Source: Oculina patagonica (Eukaryota). From it: DNA of 64,000 nt. The notes under the pieces were generated by a model. That model was given only the letters and a program-made list of their open reading frames with translations. It did not search any database and was not told the DNA's origin. The DNA is taken from assembly GCF_052425735.1 (NCBI RefSeq), contig NC_135766.1, positions 10,478,001 through 10,542,000 on the forward strand, written 5' to 3'. Within the stretch, counting starts at the first letter, position 1. Each line of letters starts with the position of its first letter. Both the position numbers and the translations under genes were made by a program. Of the stretch, positions 47,101 to 61,424 are shown one piece after another.

Positions 47101-48574
47101 AAGGTACTTTCCATTTCCTGCATATCGCTCATTCCAGAAAATGTTTGACCGAATTTTTGAAATTCTTCGCCATCAGTTAAAGGTACAAGAGAAAGAGTTC
47201 GACCCCACAGCGGAGATCGAGAGCCTCACTGGAAGTCTCTTAAAAGAGAGGATTGCAGCTGAAAGTGAAGTGGGTGCAGAAGACAAAGCATCCATTCTGT
47301 CAGATGACTACATCATCAACACCTTGGAAGACATGTTCAGCGCTAGTTATGAGACCACCAGTACTACCCTGCGATGAGCCATTGCATACCTAGTTAACTA
47401 TCCAGAATGTCAAACAGAGGTACAGAACCAGCTAGATGAAGTGGTTGGAAGGGACCGAATGCCAGGGCTGGATGATCGTCCACATCTTCCGCTCGTTCAG
47501 GCCACTATAATGGAGGCACTGAGAGTGGGAAATGTTGCTGAAGCCGCCATTCCCCATTACACGCTGAAGGACACCTCACTGGCTGGGTACCGTGTTCCCA
47601 AGGATACAGTAGTGCTGGTCAATTTCATGAATGTCCATCTGGATCCAAGCTGTTGGGAGAATCCAAACTCGTTCAACCCTCGCCGCCACATTGATGCTGA
47701 TGGCCAGCTCATTACCAACTCTGGAAACTTTCTCCCGTTCTCAGCAGGGCGCCGGGTTTGTGCAGGTGAAGCTCTGGCAAAGGTGAGACGTAAAACTCAC
47801 ACGTGTTTAACTAGACAACCTACAGACATGTTATAGTATAATGTTGAACACATGTCAGAAATTATTATAATGAAGATGGATTTAATTTACCAAAGGAAAA
47901 AAATATGTTCCAGTACTAGCAGTCGGAAATGCCTAGTGGCTCATCGTTTGTGGCACCAAACCCTCTTCTGTTACATACAGAAACCGATAATAGTGTTTCA
48001 TTTGTAGTACCCCTGGATGTGGTGCTTATTTATGTCAAACCAGCATTACCAGCATTACCCGTTCATGCAGTTCCTGAAATGCCAATTTAAATTTAAAAAC
48101 AATTAAAGGCAGCCAATGACCTTAGTTTGTGATGAGCTCTCAGATACTAATCCGTCAATCACTGTGCCATCCTCCTTTTCCAGTCTATAGAATTAATTAC
48201 TATGGTACGGGCAATGATTATAGTATAAGGAAATGATTTTATAAAGGGTGCCAAACCTTCACACGAACCAACCGATTGATAAGTGAATTATGTTCTAGTT
48301 TAAAAATGTTAATCTTCTTTTGTTTAATTTGTGTCAGTTTGTTATTTGTCAGCGAAGTAATAAAGCAGTCCGTGTTTACTTGCATGTACGATTTTTTACA
48401 TGTTTGTAATTGGTTCTCTCTTTTAAGGTGGAGCTGTTCCTTTTCTTGTCCTGGATGCTGCACAAGTTCACATTTTTGCCGTCGGAGAATGGCACTCTTC
48501 CGGATCTCAAAGGAGTAACTGGTTTTACAAGGTATCCAGCACCTTACCAAATAAGAGTTTTAAAGCGCTTATAA
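44158..48574 (+). pseudogene. CYP17A1-like cytochrome P450 pseudogene (copy B)
   Basis: Exons 44158-44354, 45779-45936, 46751-47782 and 48428-48574. Defects: +1 frameshift at about 46930, TGG->TGA at 47375-47377, AG->AS in the I-helix, and an extra truncated exon-3 start at 46633-46712. Confidence 0.9.
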
Positions 48575-48914
48575 ATAAGTAAAAGGGTGTGGAATCCCTA
48601 TTCATTTTTGGAAATCAGTACTCAGTACCCTAGCATTTAACCTATTATATTTTGTCATCATATACGGTTAAATGCCTGTCACGGGTTAGTTTTGGAATGT
48701 ACAATTTGGACTTGGTATATATAAGTTTGAACAGTTCGAAAGCTTTATTCTGGTAAGTGTAGCGCTCCGTCCAAAGTTCGATCTTTATTTTGTCAGTTTT
48801 GGTGAGATCGTGAACAACTGTTGTAGTTGCGGTCGATAGGCTGCCTTCACATGCTTGAAAGCAATCCAGAATTTTAGTTTGTTTGTTCAGTGGATCGGAT
48901 CAAGATACGGGATA

Positions 48915-49270
48915 TAGTAAAATTATTAGTTTCAACCCAGAAGTACCAGTAGTTCGTATTATGTGATCGTCCGGTGGGAGTAGTTCAGAGAAGAACTGTT
49001 GTTGGTAAATGACGTTTTGACAACCTAAGCGGAAGTTATCTTCACAGTCAAGTGAAAAGTTGTTGTCAGTCGATGATGTTATAGGTCTGGTCCGTTGAAG
49101 TAGATTGGTCAGTTTAGCCGTGATGTTATTGGCTGTAAGACTCGTGTAAAGTTTGTCAACAGTAATTGGTCAGTTTTCTTGTACTGTTAATCAAATTAAG
49201 TCGTTCTGTTTCGTCTGTTGTTAGTCAAATTAAGTTCTGTTCGTAAATCGTAAAGTTCATATAAAAACGT
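48915..49270 (-). mobile_element. Penelope-like element 3' remnant with degenerate hammerhead
   Basis: Minus strand reads GACTGTGAAGATAACTTCCGCTTAGGTTGTCAAAACGTCA..AACAACAGTTC..GGACGATCAC, the typical cnidarian PLE terminus; the core carries C3G and G12A changes. Confidence 0.65.
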
Positions 49271-50573
49271 GATTATAATATATCTATAGCAGCATTTACA
49301 TTAACATTAGAAATAAATTAAACTGTAATATTTTAGGATGGAAATGCAACTTGTAAGAAGTACTATTGACTGTAATAAAATTTTAATTTGTAGCAAAACT
49401 GTAACTGGGTATCTTCCTGCTACTGGTTGTAATAATGAGCCGTTGTCACAAATGATAGGCGAATAAAGTTTGATTTGAATACAGAAATCTTCCCAAGTTC
49501 CTTGATAGATTCTTGATACATTCGTCTACCGTTACTTACTTTTAAGAAACGCATGCTACAATGTAGGTCAAAAGTAGTTGGAACACTCATTTACGCGACC
49601 TTTTATTCATACAAAATGATTTTTTGTACTACTCTCCTTGTAAAAGATTGCATTTTCCATTCTCCTTGTTATTCTAAATTAATTTTTATATACATCAATA
49701 TTTTACCCACCATAATCCTAACGTGTGTGACCGTTTATTCGCAACATTGCAGAAGAAGGGAACTAGCAGTCGGTGACGCGATTGAATTGTGTTAACATAG
49801 GCGGCGGAGCAGGGGGCATGCATGGGGTGTATCCCCCAAAACATTTGGGGGGCTGAAGGCCCCCCTCCCACGTTTTGGTGTCACACCTATCGCAAGCGCA
49901 GCGTAAAACTGGTTTGTCAAGATATTCCGTCTCGTGAGTGAGTTCAACCATCTTCGAAACCTTTTTGGAAGTCTTTGGGAAACTTCGTTTCTTTTCGGAA
50001 AAGTCCGAAAAATGATCGAAAACGTTCATGTGGCCTTCGAACAACAATCCAAGAATTTTCTGAAATCTTCCGTCTAGAAACTGCTCAGTAAACAAAAAGG
50101 TGCTAGGAAGGATATGAAAACCAGCCGAGAACATTTGGGTCATTCTGAATATGAAATAAGCAAGTTTTTTCGGAAACTAGTAGCAGGAAAAGTTTTTTAT
50201 GTTGCCTTTCTTTGCGTCTTTTCTGGTATATTACTTAAAAAATTCTTCCCTCACTCGCCAGCATCGCCGCATATTAAATATTCATTTCATTTACCAATTG
50301 AATACCAAACAAACAAACAAACAATCGCCCACAGAGCGCACCTTAATAACCTACTATTGCTCTCAAACAGTTCTACTTAAGTCCCACACAAATTTGAGAG
50401 GCCATATCAAAAACTCGTGCCTCGTTTTTTTCATCATGGGTTCCAAACACCTCGAAACAATAAAAGCACGACGCCGTAGGCGTATCTCTTTCTCGGTGTT
50501 TGGAACCCCTGATGAAAAACTCGCACTCGTTTTTGATCTATTACATTTAACACCCGCCGGTTTCCTCACACAG

Positions 50574-50647
50574 GGCGCCGTAGCTCAGTTGATTAGAGCG
50601 CCTGTCTAGTAAACAGGAGGTCATGGGTTCAAATCCCATCGGTGCCT
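50574..50647 (+). tRNA. tRNA-Thr (AGT)
   Basis: Acceptor GGCGCCG/CGGTGCC, anticodon arm CCTGT-CTAGTAA-ACAGG, T arm ATGGG-TTCAAAT-CCCAT, short T-run after the 3' end. The D-loop has GA instead of GG. Confidence 0.88.
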
Positions 50648-51212
50648 TTTAGTAAATCGCCTTTTACAACCTCACGTGATGCACTCTTTTAAACCCCACC
50701 CAATTGCCTTAGCAATTGCTCATTTTGCCATCAAATGTTTAATTTTTTAAGCAAGAAGTAAATAATTCGTACTTGAAAAGTGCTCTACAGTGAAAACGAA
50801 TTTACAGTGTTTGTGTTATAACTTTAAAAATTTAGTTGATTTAGTAAAAAAGGAAAATATATTGCCTTTCTCTATGTGATCGAGCTATAATTAGGCCAAG
50901 ATGTCAAGTAGGCTGACGTCCCCCCCCCCCCCCCCCCATCCCCCATATGAAGCTTTTGTGGCGTTGTTACTTGACTTGAAAAGTAACTGCCTAGTGCTAA
51001 AAAGCCCGAAACGTTAAGATGCAGCTGCTATTGCTCCACTCTAGTCCAGTCTACTTCACCCACCCCACTCCACCGGCCCAAGTCCAATCTCCATTTCACT
51101 CCAGTCCATTCCATTACATTCCGTTCGAATCCGCGGATTCATTATAACGATTTAGAACATTTACAGAACTGAAAAGAAGCCCTCCTTATGTGAGCTCTTC
51201 TTGATCGTGGTT

Positions 51213-51285
51213 GTTTCCGTAGTGTAGTGGTTATCACATCCGCCTAACACGCGGAAGGTCGCAGGTTCAAGCCCTGCCGGAAACA
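51213..51285 (+). tRNA. tRNA-Val (AAC)
   Basis: Acceptor GTTTCCG/CGGAAAC, anticodon arm TCCGC-CTAACAC-GCGGA, T arm GCAGG-TTCAAGC-CCTGC, followed by a T8 Pol III terminator. Confidence 0.95.
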
Positions 51286-52594
51286 TTTTTTTTCTATACA
51301 TTGTATAAAACCAGAAAGGGAGACCAACTTAGAAAATGTTTTCCCTTATATATTTTCTTTAAATTAAAGCAACATTTTTTTATCAAATATCTGATGTTCT
51401 TATTGGATTATTCATTTTGTGGACTGAAACACTTACATGAGGGTTTCAATAGGGTTAACATTTAGCAGTTAGGCATAAAAATCGGTCAGTGATTATAAAT
51501 AAAACAGACTAGATCACTTCTTCGTTCCAATCCAATATTTTAGGTCCTAAGACCTAACATATGTTTTCAATAACGAAAATTAATTTTTAACTTTTGTTAA
51601 CCGCATAATGAAAACAAAACCTTTGGACGTAAAAAAACAAAATTTTAACCGTTAACCGTAAAAGCCACCACTCCATTGAGACCCTCAATTAAAGGTAACT
51701 TTGACACCACATTTGATCACATTTCACTCTACCAAAGGCATAGTACCTCAAAATCCACAATGGTCTTTGCCGCGATCAAAGGTATGGCGAGGTTTGGCAA
51801 AGACGGCTTTAACCACCTTTTACCCAGGTCAAGTCTGCCGAAAGCAAGTCACTAAGTGAACTTTCTTTCTGGATCTATAAGTGCACATTTTTCCATTTAG
51901 CTCCACCATCAACCACCCAAACTCTCCTTACTTATCTCAGTACATGTCTTGTAATCAGTTGGGAGAATTCAAACATACATAAATATATTTTCTGCTTAGA
52001 CCGCGGGCAGTCCCTCGTTCGGATAGTAAAGTAGCCTATTAAATGTATTCTTGTAGTTTATTTTGTTTTAACCTTTGGCTTATTCCTTACTTTGGAGAGT
52101 AGGCTGCAATGCCAGAGTTTTGTTTTTTGATAAAGAGATGCAAGATCTGCAAGAGCCATAATTGAATTAAAGATCAACTATTTTGTTCACGAACGCATTT
52201 TAATGCATTTTTATTTTTATAATGCTACATAGCAATAAATATCAGTAGGCGAAGCTAGGGGAGAAGGCCGGGCCGATTGCGAGGTTCCCTTTTAGTCAAA
52301 AGGTCGCTTGAAGTGTTATAGAGGTCGCCAACTTTGTAGAAACCATGCCGGTACGGGCATACTTCGGTACTAGAAACGGATTTGTAATAAACACATTCTT
52401 ATCTTTGAACCACAGGTCAAGTAAAGCAAAGCAAAGCAAATGCCCTGTATTGTTTTCACAGCTCTATTGCTCATTCCGTGAAATTGCAACTTGGTTGGAT
52501 ACAATTTTTGAATAGACCTAATCAAGAGCAGTAAAATTATAAAAAAAGTAAATACATGTGCATGTTATTTTGAAGGCCGGGAGGTCGGAACTGT

Positions 52595-53441
52595 TACCTG
52601 TTACCTAGCTTTTTTGTGCCTCGTGGCACATAAGGCCTCCACAGAATGCTTCCAATTTTCTCTGTTGGCTGCAGCAGCTCTTGCCTCACCCCATGTACGC
52701 CATCCCGCACTGTTCCTCTCTCTCTTGACTGTTCTTCGCCAGGTGGTCTTATGACTTCCTCTCCTCCTTTTTCCTTCAGGTGTCCATGATAGGGCTATGT
52801 TGGTATGGCTGTTTCTGTTTCGTCGCAGGATATGCCCTATCATCCTCCATCTTCTCATCTTAACCTCTTCACTTAGCAACCTCGTCCCTGCCTTCTCAAG
52901 GAGCTCCCTAGTGGTAACGTGATCTTGCCAGTTTATTTTGAGAATCCTCCTGAGGCATTTGTTGTGAAACACATCTATTCGTTGGTCATCTCCCATGTTC
53001 ATCTTCCATGTCTCACATCCATACAGTAGCACCGGTACGACTAAGGTTTTAAACAGTCTAAGCTTGGTCCTCTTCGTGATGCTCTTTGAGTTCCATATTC
53101 TTTTGAGTCTGGCAAATGTGCCTCTCGCCTTGGACAGCCTGTTTTTCAGATCTTTCATTCCTCCTCCCTCCTTACAAATGATAGCTCCCAGATAATTAAA
53201 CTCCTCAACTTCGTCGATATCTTGCCCATCTACTGCAACTTTCTCCTTACTCTTCCCGTTAATCCTCATCACTTTTGTCTTTCCCTTGTTGATTTTCAGC
53301 CCGACCCGTGTTGCTTCCTCATTCATTTTAGTAGTCTTGTTCTGCATATGCTGTTTAGTAGAAGACAAAAGCGCCACATCATCTGCAAAATCTAGATCAT
53401 CAAGCTTAGATGTAAAGTTCCACCTGATTCCGTTTTCGGGA
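52595..53441 (-). mobile_element. 5'-truncated RTE-clade LINE with 15-bp TSD
   Basis: RT C-half LDDLDFADDVALL..GLKINKGKTKVM..FNYLG..LLYGCETW..W+GHILR, open to the stop at 52601. TSD GGAGGTCGGAACTGT at 52580-52594 and 53442-53456. Confidence 0.92.
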
Positions 53442-55632
53442 GGAGGTCGGAACTGTAGGGGAAAACTATTCCTGAGGTCTTGAGGTTTTGAGTGTTCAAG
53501 CCCGAGACCACAGTTTTCCCTATATAATACGGACCGATCTAGGCTGTCAAATAACATCTTTATACTTTAATTTGTTCGGTAAAGAAACCTTGAAAGGTTG
53601 GTTCGCAAATCTTTGTTTGTATACCCGCGCATTGAATTTCAATGTTAGGACGATCGATGCCATGCTAGAATGAACCGGTGTACTTACGGAAAGTTCATCA
53701 AATTAAACGCACCCAGAAGATATTCAAGAAAAGCAACTGAGGTAATAAACACTTTATAAAAATTTAGCACGGATTTTGATTTCACCTTGCGTGGTCAGAA
53801 AGGAACGCCATCAATGTATCCGTTTTAGGTTGCACGCCCAAAATTAGCGATACAAGTACAGGCGACGATTTTATAGATCTTGTTTGTCTGTCTGTTTTCT
53901 GAGTGTATGTCCGAGAATTAAATTAAAGTTTGAGCCACGCCAAGAAGGATCTCTTAAGTCTTTTTTTTCGACAACCATTCCCGACTCTTTAAAATGGAAC
54001 AGACTTTTTTCAATTTCTAATAGAGGAAATATTTATTGTCGCAACAAAATAACAGCTTGATTAATTACTCTCATTTCACAAAATGTTTTTATCTTAATAT
54101 CCCTTACTGATTTAAAGTCTTAGTCTGCCCTTTATATAAAGAACGAGCTAGCTCTTTTAACAACAAGACAAGAAGCTAGCTTTCTGTTGTGAGCAGCTAT
54201 ATAAAATGACGCAAACGAATCAGACTGTAACTTTAAAAAGCAACAATAACTTTCCAAAATTATACCTTAATTTTCATACAGTTATGTCCGCCAATATTTA
54301 CTCATTCACAACTTTTGCTTTTATTGTACCACTTGTTGTTTCTTTATAACACTTCCTAAAACGGCACACCTGTTTTTATATCCCCCAGGGGAAATAATAG
54401 TACTGGTGACCTTATCTATAATCTATATTAGCTTTTTTATGTTACATAAGTACTAAATAACAGTTGATTACTAGAGACCATCGCACGGATACTGATAGCC
54501 TTACGTTTCCTATCTAGCCCACAAACAAGTTTATTACTCTACTGTATCTATCCACCAACTTTATGAAAGGGACAAACTTGATAACAGACAGGGTAACATT
54601 TTCCTTTTCAGCTCAAAACAAACAAACGAGCAAACATTTTAGATTCCAACGTTTACGACCATTGCCAAGTAAGTCTTGCTTCTTTGTCTTTAGGTTATTT
54701 TTGGCCGCATTTTGTCCCGGATTTCTTAGAACAGCAAATCTAAGTTGTCCAGATTCTTTTTTAAAAACAAGACTCTTTCAATAACATCTAGAAGTTGGCA
54801 GATTCAAGGGCTTTCTAACACCAAAACAGCCATGTGAACACCACGGACAGATAACCACATAATTTAGTGTGACCTTCTTGAGTGCATTGCCTACAAACAT
54901 TAAACAAACAAATAAACAAACTACTACAATACTGCAATGCTAGTCACTCACACAGGGGGTACTCGGAATTTCAAGTGACGGGGATGATCGGGCAAAAATC
55001 AAGACCTAAAATAATTCCTAGGGCTTCCAACAAAACCCAAAAAAATCCCTGAACCAAAAATCAACCCCCAAAAAAACTTCATGCCGAATTTCTGACCCAT
55101 TAAATTTTTCAGAAAGAAATTAAAAGAAATTTTTCAGAAAAGAAAGAAATTTTTCACAAAGAAAAACATTAGAAACACGTTCAGTGTTTGTACTTTATTC
55201 GCAGTACTATGCGGTCAAGGCAATATCATGAATCTTGGGGGTGTTTTTCAAGCCACTCAAAAAAAAAAAATACTTGCCAGATTTTCCTATCCAAAAAAAT
55301 CCCGGAATCGAAAATTTCAATCCCCAAAAAAATCCTTCGATCATCCTTGCACTTGAAAACTCGAGTATCCCCTCTCCCCCACCCCCTGGGGTCACTCACA
55401 ATCTCAACAAAACCGAAGAATGTTTGACCTAGTAAAAAACCTATCTGTTATCATTAATTTTATTCTTTGAAACTAATATATACCAATGATACCCAAATGT
55501 ACATTCCACAGCTAACCTATCACAGATATTTAACTGGTAATGGTAACATCCTATAATAGAGTATACGGTAAGGTACTAAATACTACTTTCCAAGAGTGAA
55601 TAGGGTTTTCGCACCGTCCAACTTACATGTAT

Positions 55633-58600
55633 TTACTGGCGTTTTACAACTCTAATTTGGTAAAGAGCTGGATACCGTGTAAAACCAGATACACCTTTGA
55701 GATCCGGTAGGATGCCATCCTCCGACGGCAAAAATGTGAACTTGTGCAACATCCAGGACAAGAAAAAGAACAGCTCAACCTAAAAAAAGAAAATCAAATA
55801 CATGAACATTTAAACTTGATTCGTGCAAACACACACAATAAAACAACAATAAAACAAAAGCGCCAGTTTGAATGCTTTTCAATTGGCGTTTCCCGTTTGA
55901 AAAGTTTGCTACTTGTTGGGGTAGTGTGGGCATAATTTGTACCTTTTCCAACTCCCCTAAAGCCTAGTTAGATCATTAGACGCTTACAAGGAACATTTCC
56001 AACCACATGGTTCATGTAAATGGTAGGCAACCCCTGACAAACCCTTCTTTATCCTAAAGTCATTGCCCCTGCCATAGTCCTTAATTCTATAAACTGCAGG
56101 ACGAGAATGGCACAGTGTGAGTTTACTGTCTAAGAATCCAAACTGACACAGGACACAGGCCGTCTTTAAACTCGCATTCACATTGCGACAATTCAACTGT
56201 GAGTTATTTTTTTACGTCTTACCTTTGCCAGTGCCTCACCGGCACAAACCCGACGTCCTGCTGAGAAGGGCAGATAGTTACCAGAGTTGGTAATGAGCTG
56301 GCCATCAGCATTAATGTGGCGGCGAGGGTTGAACGAGTTTGGATTCTCCCAGCAGCTTGGATCCAGATGGACATTCATCAAATTGGGCATCACTACTGTA
56401 TCCTTGGGAACACGGTACCCAGCTAGTGAGGTGTCCTTCAGAGTGTAATGGGGAAGAGCGCTCTCACCAACATTTCCCAGTCGTAGTGCTTCCATTATTG
56501 TGGCCTGAACGAGCGGAAGATTTGGACGATCGTCCAACCCAGGCATTCGTTCCCTTCCAACCACTTCATCAAGCTGGCTCTGTACCTCTTTTTGGCATTC
56601 GGGATAGTGAACCAGATATGCAATGGCCCAACGCAGAGTAGTACTGGTGGTCTCATAGCCAGCGCTGAACATGTCTTCCAAGGTGTTGATGATGTAGTCA
56701 TCTGACAGGATGGATGCTTTGTCTTCTGCACCCACTTCATTTTCAGCTGCAATCCTCTCTTTAAGGAGACTTCCAGTGAGGCTCTCGATCTCCGCTGTAG
56801 GGTCGAACACTTGTTCCTGTACCTTTAACTGATGGCGAAGAATTTCAAACGTTCGGTCAGTTATTTTCTGAAATGACTGATAAGAACGAAATGGAAAGTG
56901 TTTTGCTATTGGGAAGAAATCTAGCACAAAGGCTTGATTATTGACGTCAGCGTCTGAGAAACCTTCATTATTCAACCGCAAAAGTTCTTTAAAATCTGGA
57001 TGGGACGAATCAAAGTGCTTCCCAAATGTGATTCGACAGATCACGTTTGCAACACTTTCCATTAGAATCTGTGCAGGGTCAAAATCCTTTCCACTCTGGT
57101 CTTCGAAATACTGTATCAGCCTTTTCGCCTGTTCAGAGATCCTTTCATCCACCAGCTCCTGATCGGATAGATATTGCCGTATAGCTGTCACAAACAGCTT
57201 TCGGTGAAATTTCCAGGCTGGACCATAATTTGCTGCTGCAATATCCTTCCCACCTTTTAAAAATACAATAGTGTCAAAGTTAGACATCCTTTAAGCAACG
57301 CGACTAGACAAGACTCGATCAGGGACCGGCTGTTCAAGGAACGATAAAGCTAATCCAGTATTAGTGTTAATTATATTTTTGAAGCTTTGTAACTTTTCAG
57401 GGACAATTTTCTTCATACATCAAGTTTTTTCTCCGTTCTTGTCCTCCAGTTTCCACTTTGCCGATACGCCAAAAATGCACAAACCATTGACAATGAAAAC
57501 ACTTTATACACGAAGAATTAAAAGATTGCCATTTCTTATTTCACTAGACACATTTTAGCAATTCCGGCAAATTGAAAACTATAAAGAAGTGACAGTACAA
57601 TGTAAATATATAAACTCACGAACAATGAGGAACATAGTACTTGTTCCCAGTCGCAATCCCCGTTCGTTGGCAAAATGGTTGCACCATCTTATAACTTAAA
57701 CGTGTACGGCCCTAAAGCAGCCCCTTTACGGTGGAGCCGGTTCACGTCCAATAAAATAATAAGTTTATAAAACAGTTAAAGACGCCTATTCTTAGAAAAG
57801 GACATAATTTGTAATCTTGATTGATTTAGAATGACTTAACATTTATTACTACAGGCGTTGTATTATTTCTTTACTTCTCAAACTTATTAATAATTCATCA
57901 GGTTAAAACAAAGAAAACCATAACCGTGAAGATGGTTTTGACACCGGTCTTAATTACCAAAGATATTTACTATTTTATTTCGATTAATTAAATATCAAAC
58001 ACTCATGACAGTGTTTCATCGGCTTATCCAAACACCTCGAATTTCGTCAAAAAACTCTGCTGTGCGTCGTATTTTCAACTCTCTTCTTGGTGTTTGGATA
58101 TCCCGATGAAACACTGTCTCTCGTGTTTGGTATATGACTTCTTTAATAGTGTTACTAAAATTGTATACACATACCAAGCGTTGTCATCAGGAAAGTGTGA
58201 AATGGAGGTCTTCCAGCATAATCAGCAGATTTCTTTATCAGTACTTCCTTTACAGATGCAGCGTCATCCGCGAAAACAATTTTAAAACTGCCAACCTTCA
58301 TGGAATATACTGTACCATACTTATTTCTCAAGCTTTGTGGTAAACATAACATAAAAAGGAAACAGAAAGTATATAAGTGAAATATTGTCCACAGCTTTTT
58401 TTACTGATCTCATAGGAAATTTCTTTTCTACAAGACCTACATAGAGATGCCAATTAAATGTCAAATGGATGCTTTGCACTGCCAGTTTTGTGTTAGTATC
58501 CAATTGTTTGCCATTATCCATTTTTTTACAATCGCTTTCTGTTTTGTAAGGAAGGTACAACAAACTACAATGAAGTCCCTTTTTTGTCAATTTCAAATGT

Positions 58601-59833
58601 AGCTTCACCACTGACAGTTGCACGTAATAAACTAAGGTTTTAATTAATAATAATGATTTAGTTGACTACTTTTTGATAGTCATCTCATGGGTTTAATTAA
58701 CTGACCCAGATAATGAAGATGATGTGCCTGCTCTAGGGGTGAGTAAAAACCCAAAAATGTGCTTCTGAGACGTACCCTGGGTGTCAGGCTTTGCCGCTCA
58801 CCGTGATAGCCTAGCCGCAAAAAAGAAAAAAAACAAACCCCCTGGCACCCAGGGTATTCGAGACCAAATGAATTGTAGTAATAGCGAGAATTCGAAAAGT
58901 TTCCGTGTTTACTTCTCATATTGCTCTGGAAACACGAAAAAGTCCAAGCAGAGGTTCTATCTCGCCATCATACAGCAGAAGTTGTCTCGCAGAGCAAAAG
59001 AAGCTTTGCGTGACGAGTTACGCACTTATGTATGCAAGCAGACTTATGCAAATAAACAGCAAATATATTTCGCTGATGGTCAACAAAAGAACACACAAAA
59101 ATCTATCCGGTCGAAAAAATAATTTTCAAGGGAAAAGTAAAAATTAATATAGATTTAGAAATCAAGATGGCCAAAGCGGCCGTTCGTGTCGGTTATAAGC
59201 GCGAGCAACCCCTGGTTTCGCCGCCCGCACGTGTGATGCAAAGGGTCCCAGAGGTTAGCGTGCTCACACGCTAATGTTTAGGAAATCCGAGGAGTCCGTA
59301 AAGCTTGTGTCCGATCCTAAGCAAAAGTTTACTATAGCGGCTCTCTAGTAAACCGTACTTTAACTCTTATGCCGATATGTTTTAAAATTGCTACAGTCTA
59401 AACGAAAGAAAAGCCTAGAATAGAGTCGCATACGAATTGTATAAAGTATTTAAAGCACTGGTTATGTCCGTTTATGTTGACTTTTGCGCGGCGAATCATA
59501 GTTTCTTTCACTTAGAAATCTAATTGCATAATGGTTAATGGAAAAGATGTATATTTTTCATAGCATGACGTGTTGTCGAGGAATAAGCGGATGCTAATTT
59601 CGTGATTCTTATCAAAGAAACCCCTTGTAAACAAACCTTGCTGTGGATTCGCGAAGGCTTTGTCCAGAATCAAAGCTCAACAAATTCCCGATAAACGGCA
59701 AACTTGTCAGGCGAGGTCCCGGCGGCATGTTCCTAAACTGATACAGCTCAATCAGTTGATTGAGAATCAGCAAGACAACGATAGCAAGGAAAATATTTCC
59801 AAACGAAAAATACTCCCACAATGACAACGCCAT
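55633..59833 (-). CDS. Cytochrome P450, clan 2 / CYP17A1-like (copy C), complete, 510 aa
   Basis: Exons 59637-59833, 58175-58332, 56223-57253 and 55633-55779 (1533 nt), all GT-AG and in phase. Motifs WKFHR, AGYETT, EALR and FSAGRRVCAG; last exon VELFFFLS..RYPALYQIRVVKRQ*. Confidence 0.95.
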
Positions 59834-61424
59834 CTTTGATGCAAAATGCAAATCTATATTTGACGTCAAGCAGTGTCACGAGATAAGTCATACTGAAACA
59901 ACAAAAGGCTGCGTAAGTGATTGACAAAGCAAAACACATAAATCGTTGATCGTTTTGTTTCTAAACACAACAAAAAAGGCTTTTAATATATAATTTTTTT
60001 CATTAGCATGTCTCTCCATACACTGTCGACAGAGGAACCCGTGTGTCATTCGTAGATTGTAACTGCGTACATTTACACTACAAGGCAGCTTTGGAACATC
60101 TCTGAATTCGATATAGTTTATGTGATTTCAACACGATGTTTTACGAAAGAAATTCATGCTTGTGTTAATAAACTTGGACGGAATGAAAAGAGAATGTAGG
60201 AAATTCATGCGAATGGCACAAAAAAGCATAATAAAAGCGTAACCTACCAAGCGTATCCAATCGAGGGGTCATGAATGGTTCACCAAAATTTTGCAGTGCT
60301 CAGCGCAAAGTTATGCTTCTGCTCGGAATGCTCGCAAAATTTTAGTGGGTGCTCGTTTGCTCGTGCTCGCATATTTTTACAAGTGTTCACACGCTCGGTT
60401 TTTTATTGGAGGTAGCTTTTTAAAAAGTGCTCGTTGCTCACAAGGCTAACTTTTGTCAATGCTCGTGCTCGCAAAGAAAGACGCTCTGCTCGCATGCTCG
60501 CAAATGCTCGCAAAGACCATTCTGAACCCTTCCGTGTTCGATTGTGTTCGATTGGTTTGATTGGTTTGATTGGTTCGAAAATCGAACTCACATCAAAATA
60601 GATGTTCGATTTTGTTCGATTACCGAACCCAATCGAACGATTGGTGTTCGATTGGGTTCGAATGATTTTTGGTTCGATTTTGTTCGATTGGATATGCCGG
60701 AACCTAGGAAAGCTAGGCAGAAATGCCACCGTTGATTGAAATGGTAATAATATTAATACTTACAAATTATTGATTGGTGGCTACCGTAGCCAAAATGATT
60801 CATTATTGATAAGCCACTTTGGCTTGTAGTCAGTTTATTATTGTAGAGCTGAAATAACATTCTCTGTTGTTATCTGTGAATATCCAATATTCTTTTTATC
60901 ATTAATTTATTTATTTTTTTTAATTTTTTGCCACACGAATTACAAAACATGATGCAAAAATACTATTCTATAATTATAAGTTACATAGAAAAAGCGGTGG
61001 GGGGAACCGAAGAAAAAAGCTCATAAAGCTTGTGCGTGATTCGGCCTCTCCAATTAAACGGAGTTGACTACAAATAATTTAAAAGTTAGTTAGTTATATA
61101 GCGTAAAGCCGCTAAATATTAAAGTACTTTTTGTAAACACGAGGGCGAGTATTTCATTGGGTTTTCAAACACGAGAAAAAGGATGATTGTTTTGAAGTGT
61201 TTGGGAATCCAATGAAACTTGAAGCACGATTTTTTTTAATTTATTCTCCAACAAATAAAATTAGAAACTTTTCTACGTAATTATCAGTGCCTATTTAGAC
61301 AGTTTTGCTTTCGTTTGCTATATTTTTACATTGGATCCGAATCTAACGGTTCGATTCCAAGCCCTGGTCAGGGCCATTGTGTTGTGTTCTTGGCAGGACT
61401 TTTAAAGTGCCACTCTCCACCCAG

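Noticed and set aside
47375-47377. Selenocysteine or read-through TGA in CYP-B
   Set aside because: It replaces a conserved Trp by a single transition, and the gene also has an upstream frameshift, so it is an ordinary pseudogene lesion.
53442-53557. N-terminal part of the 318-aa ORF as RTE protein
   Set aside because: It lies outside the TSD-defined element and is chance read-through from the host palindromic repeat.
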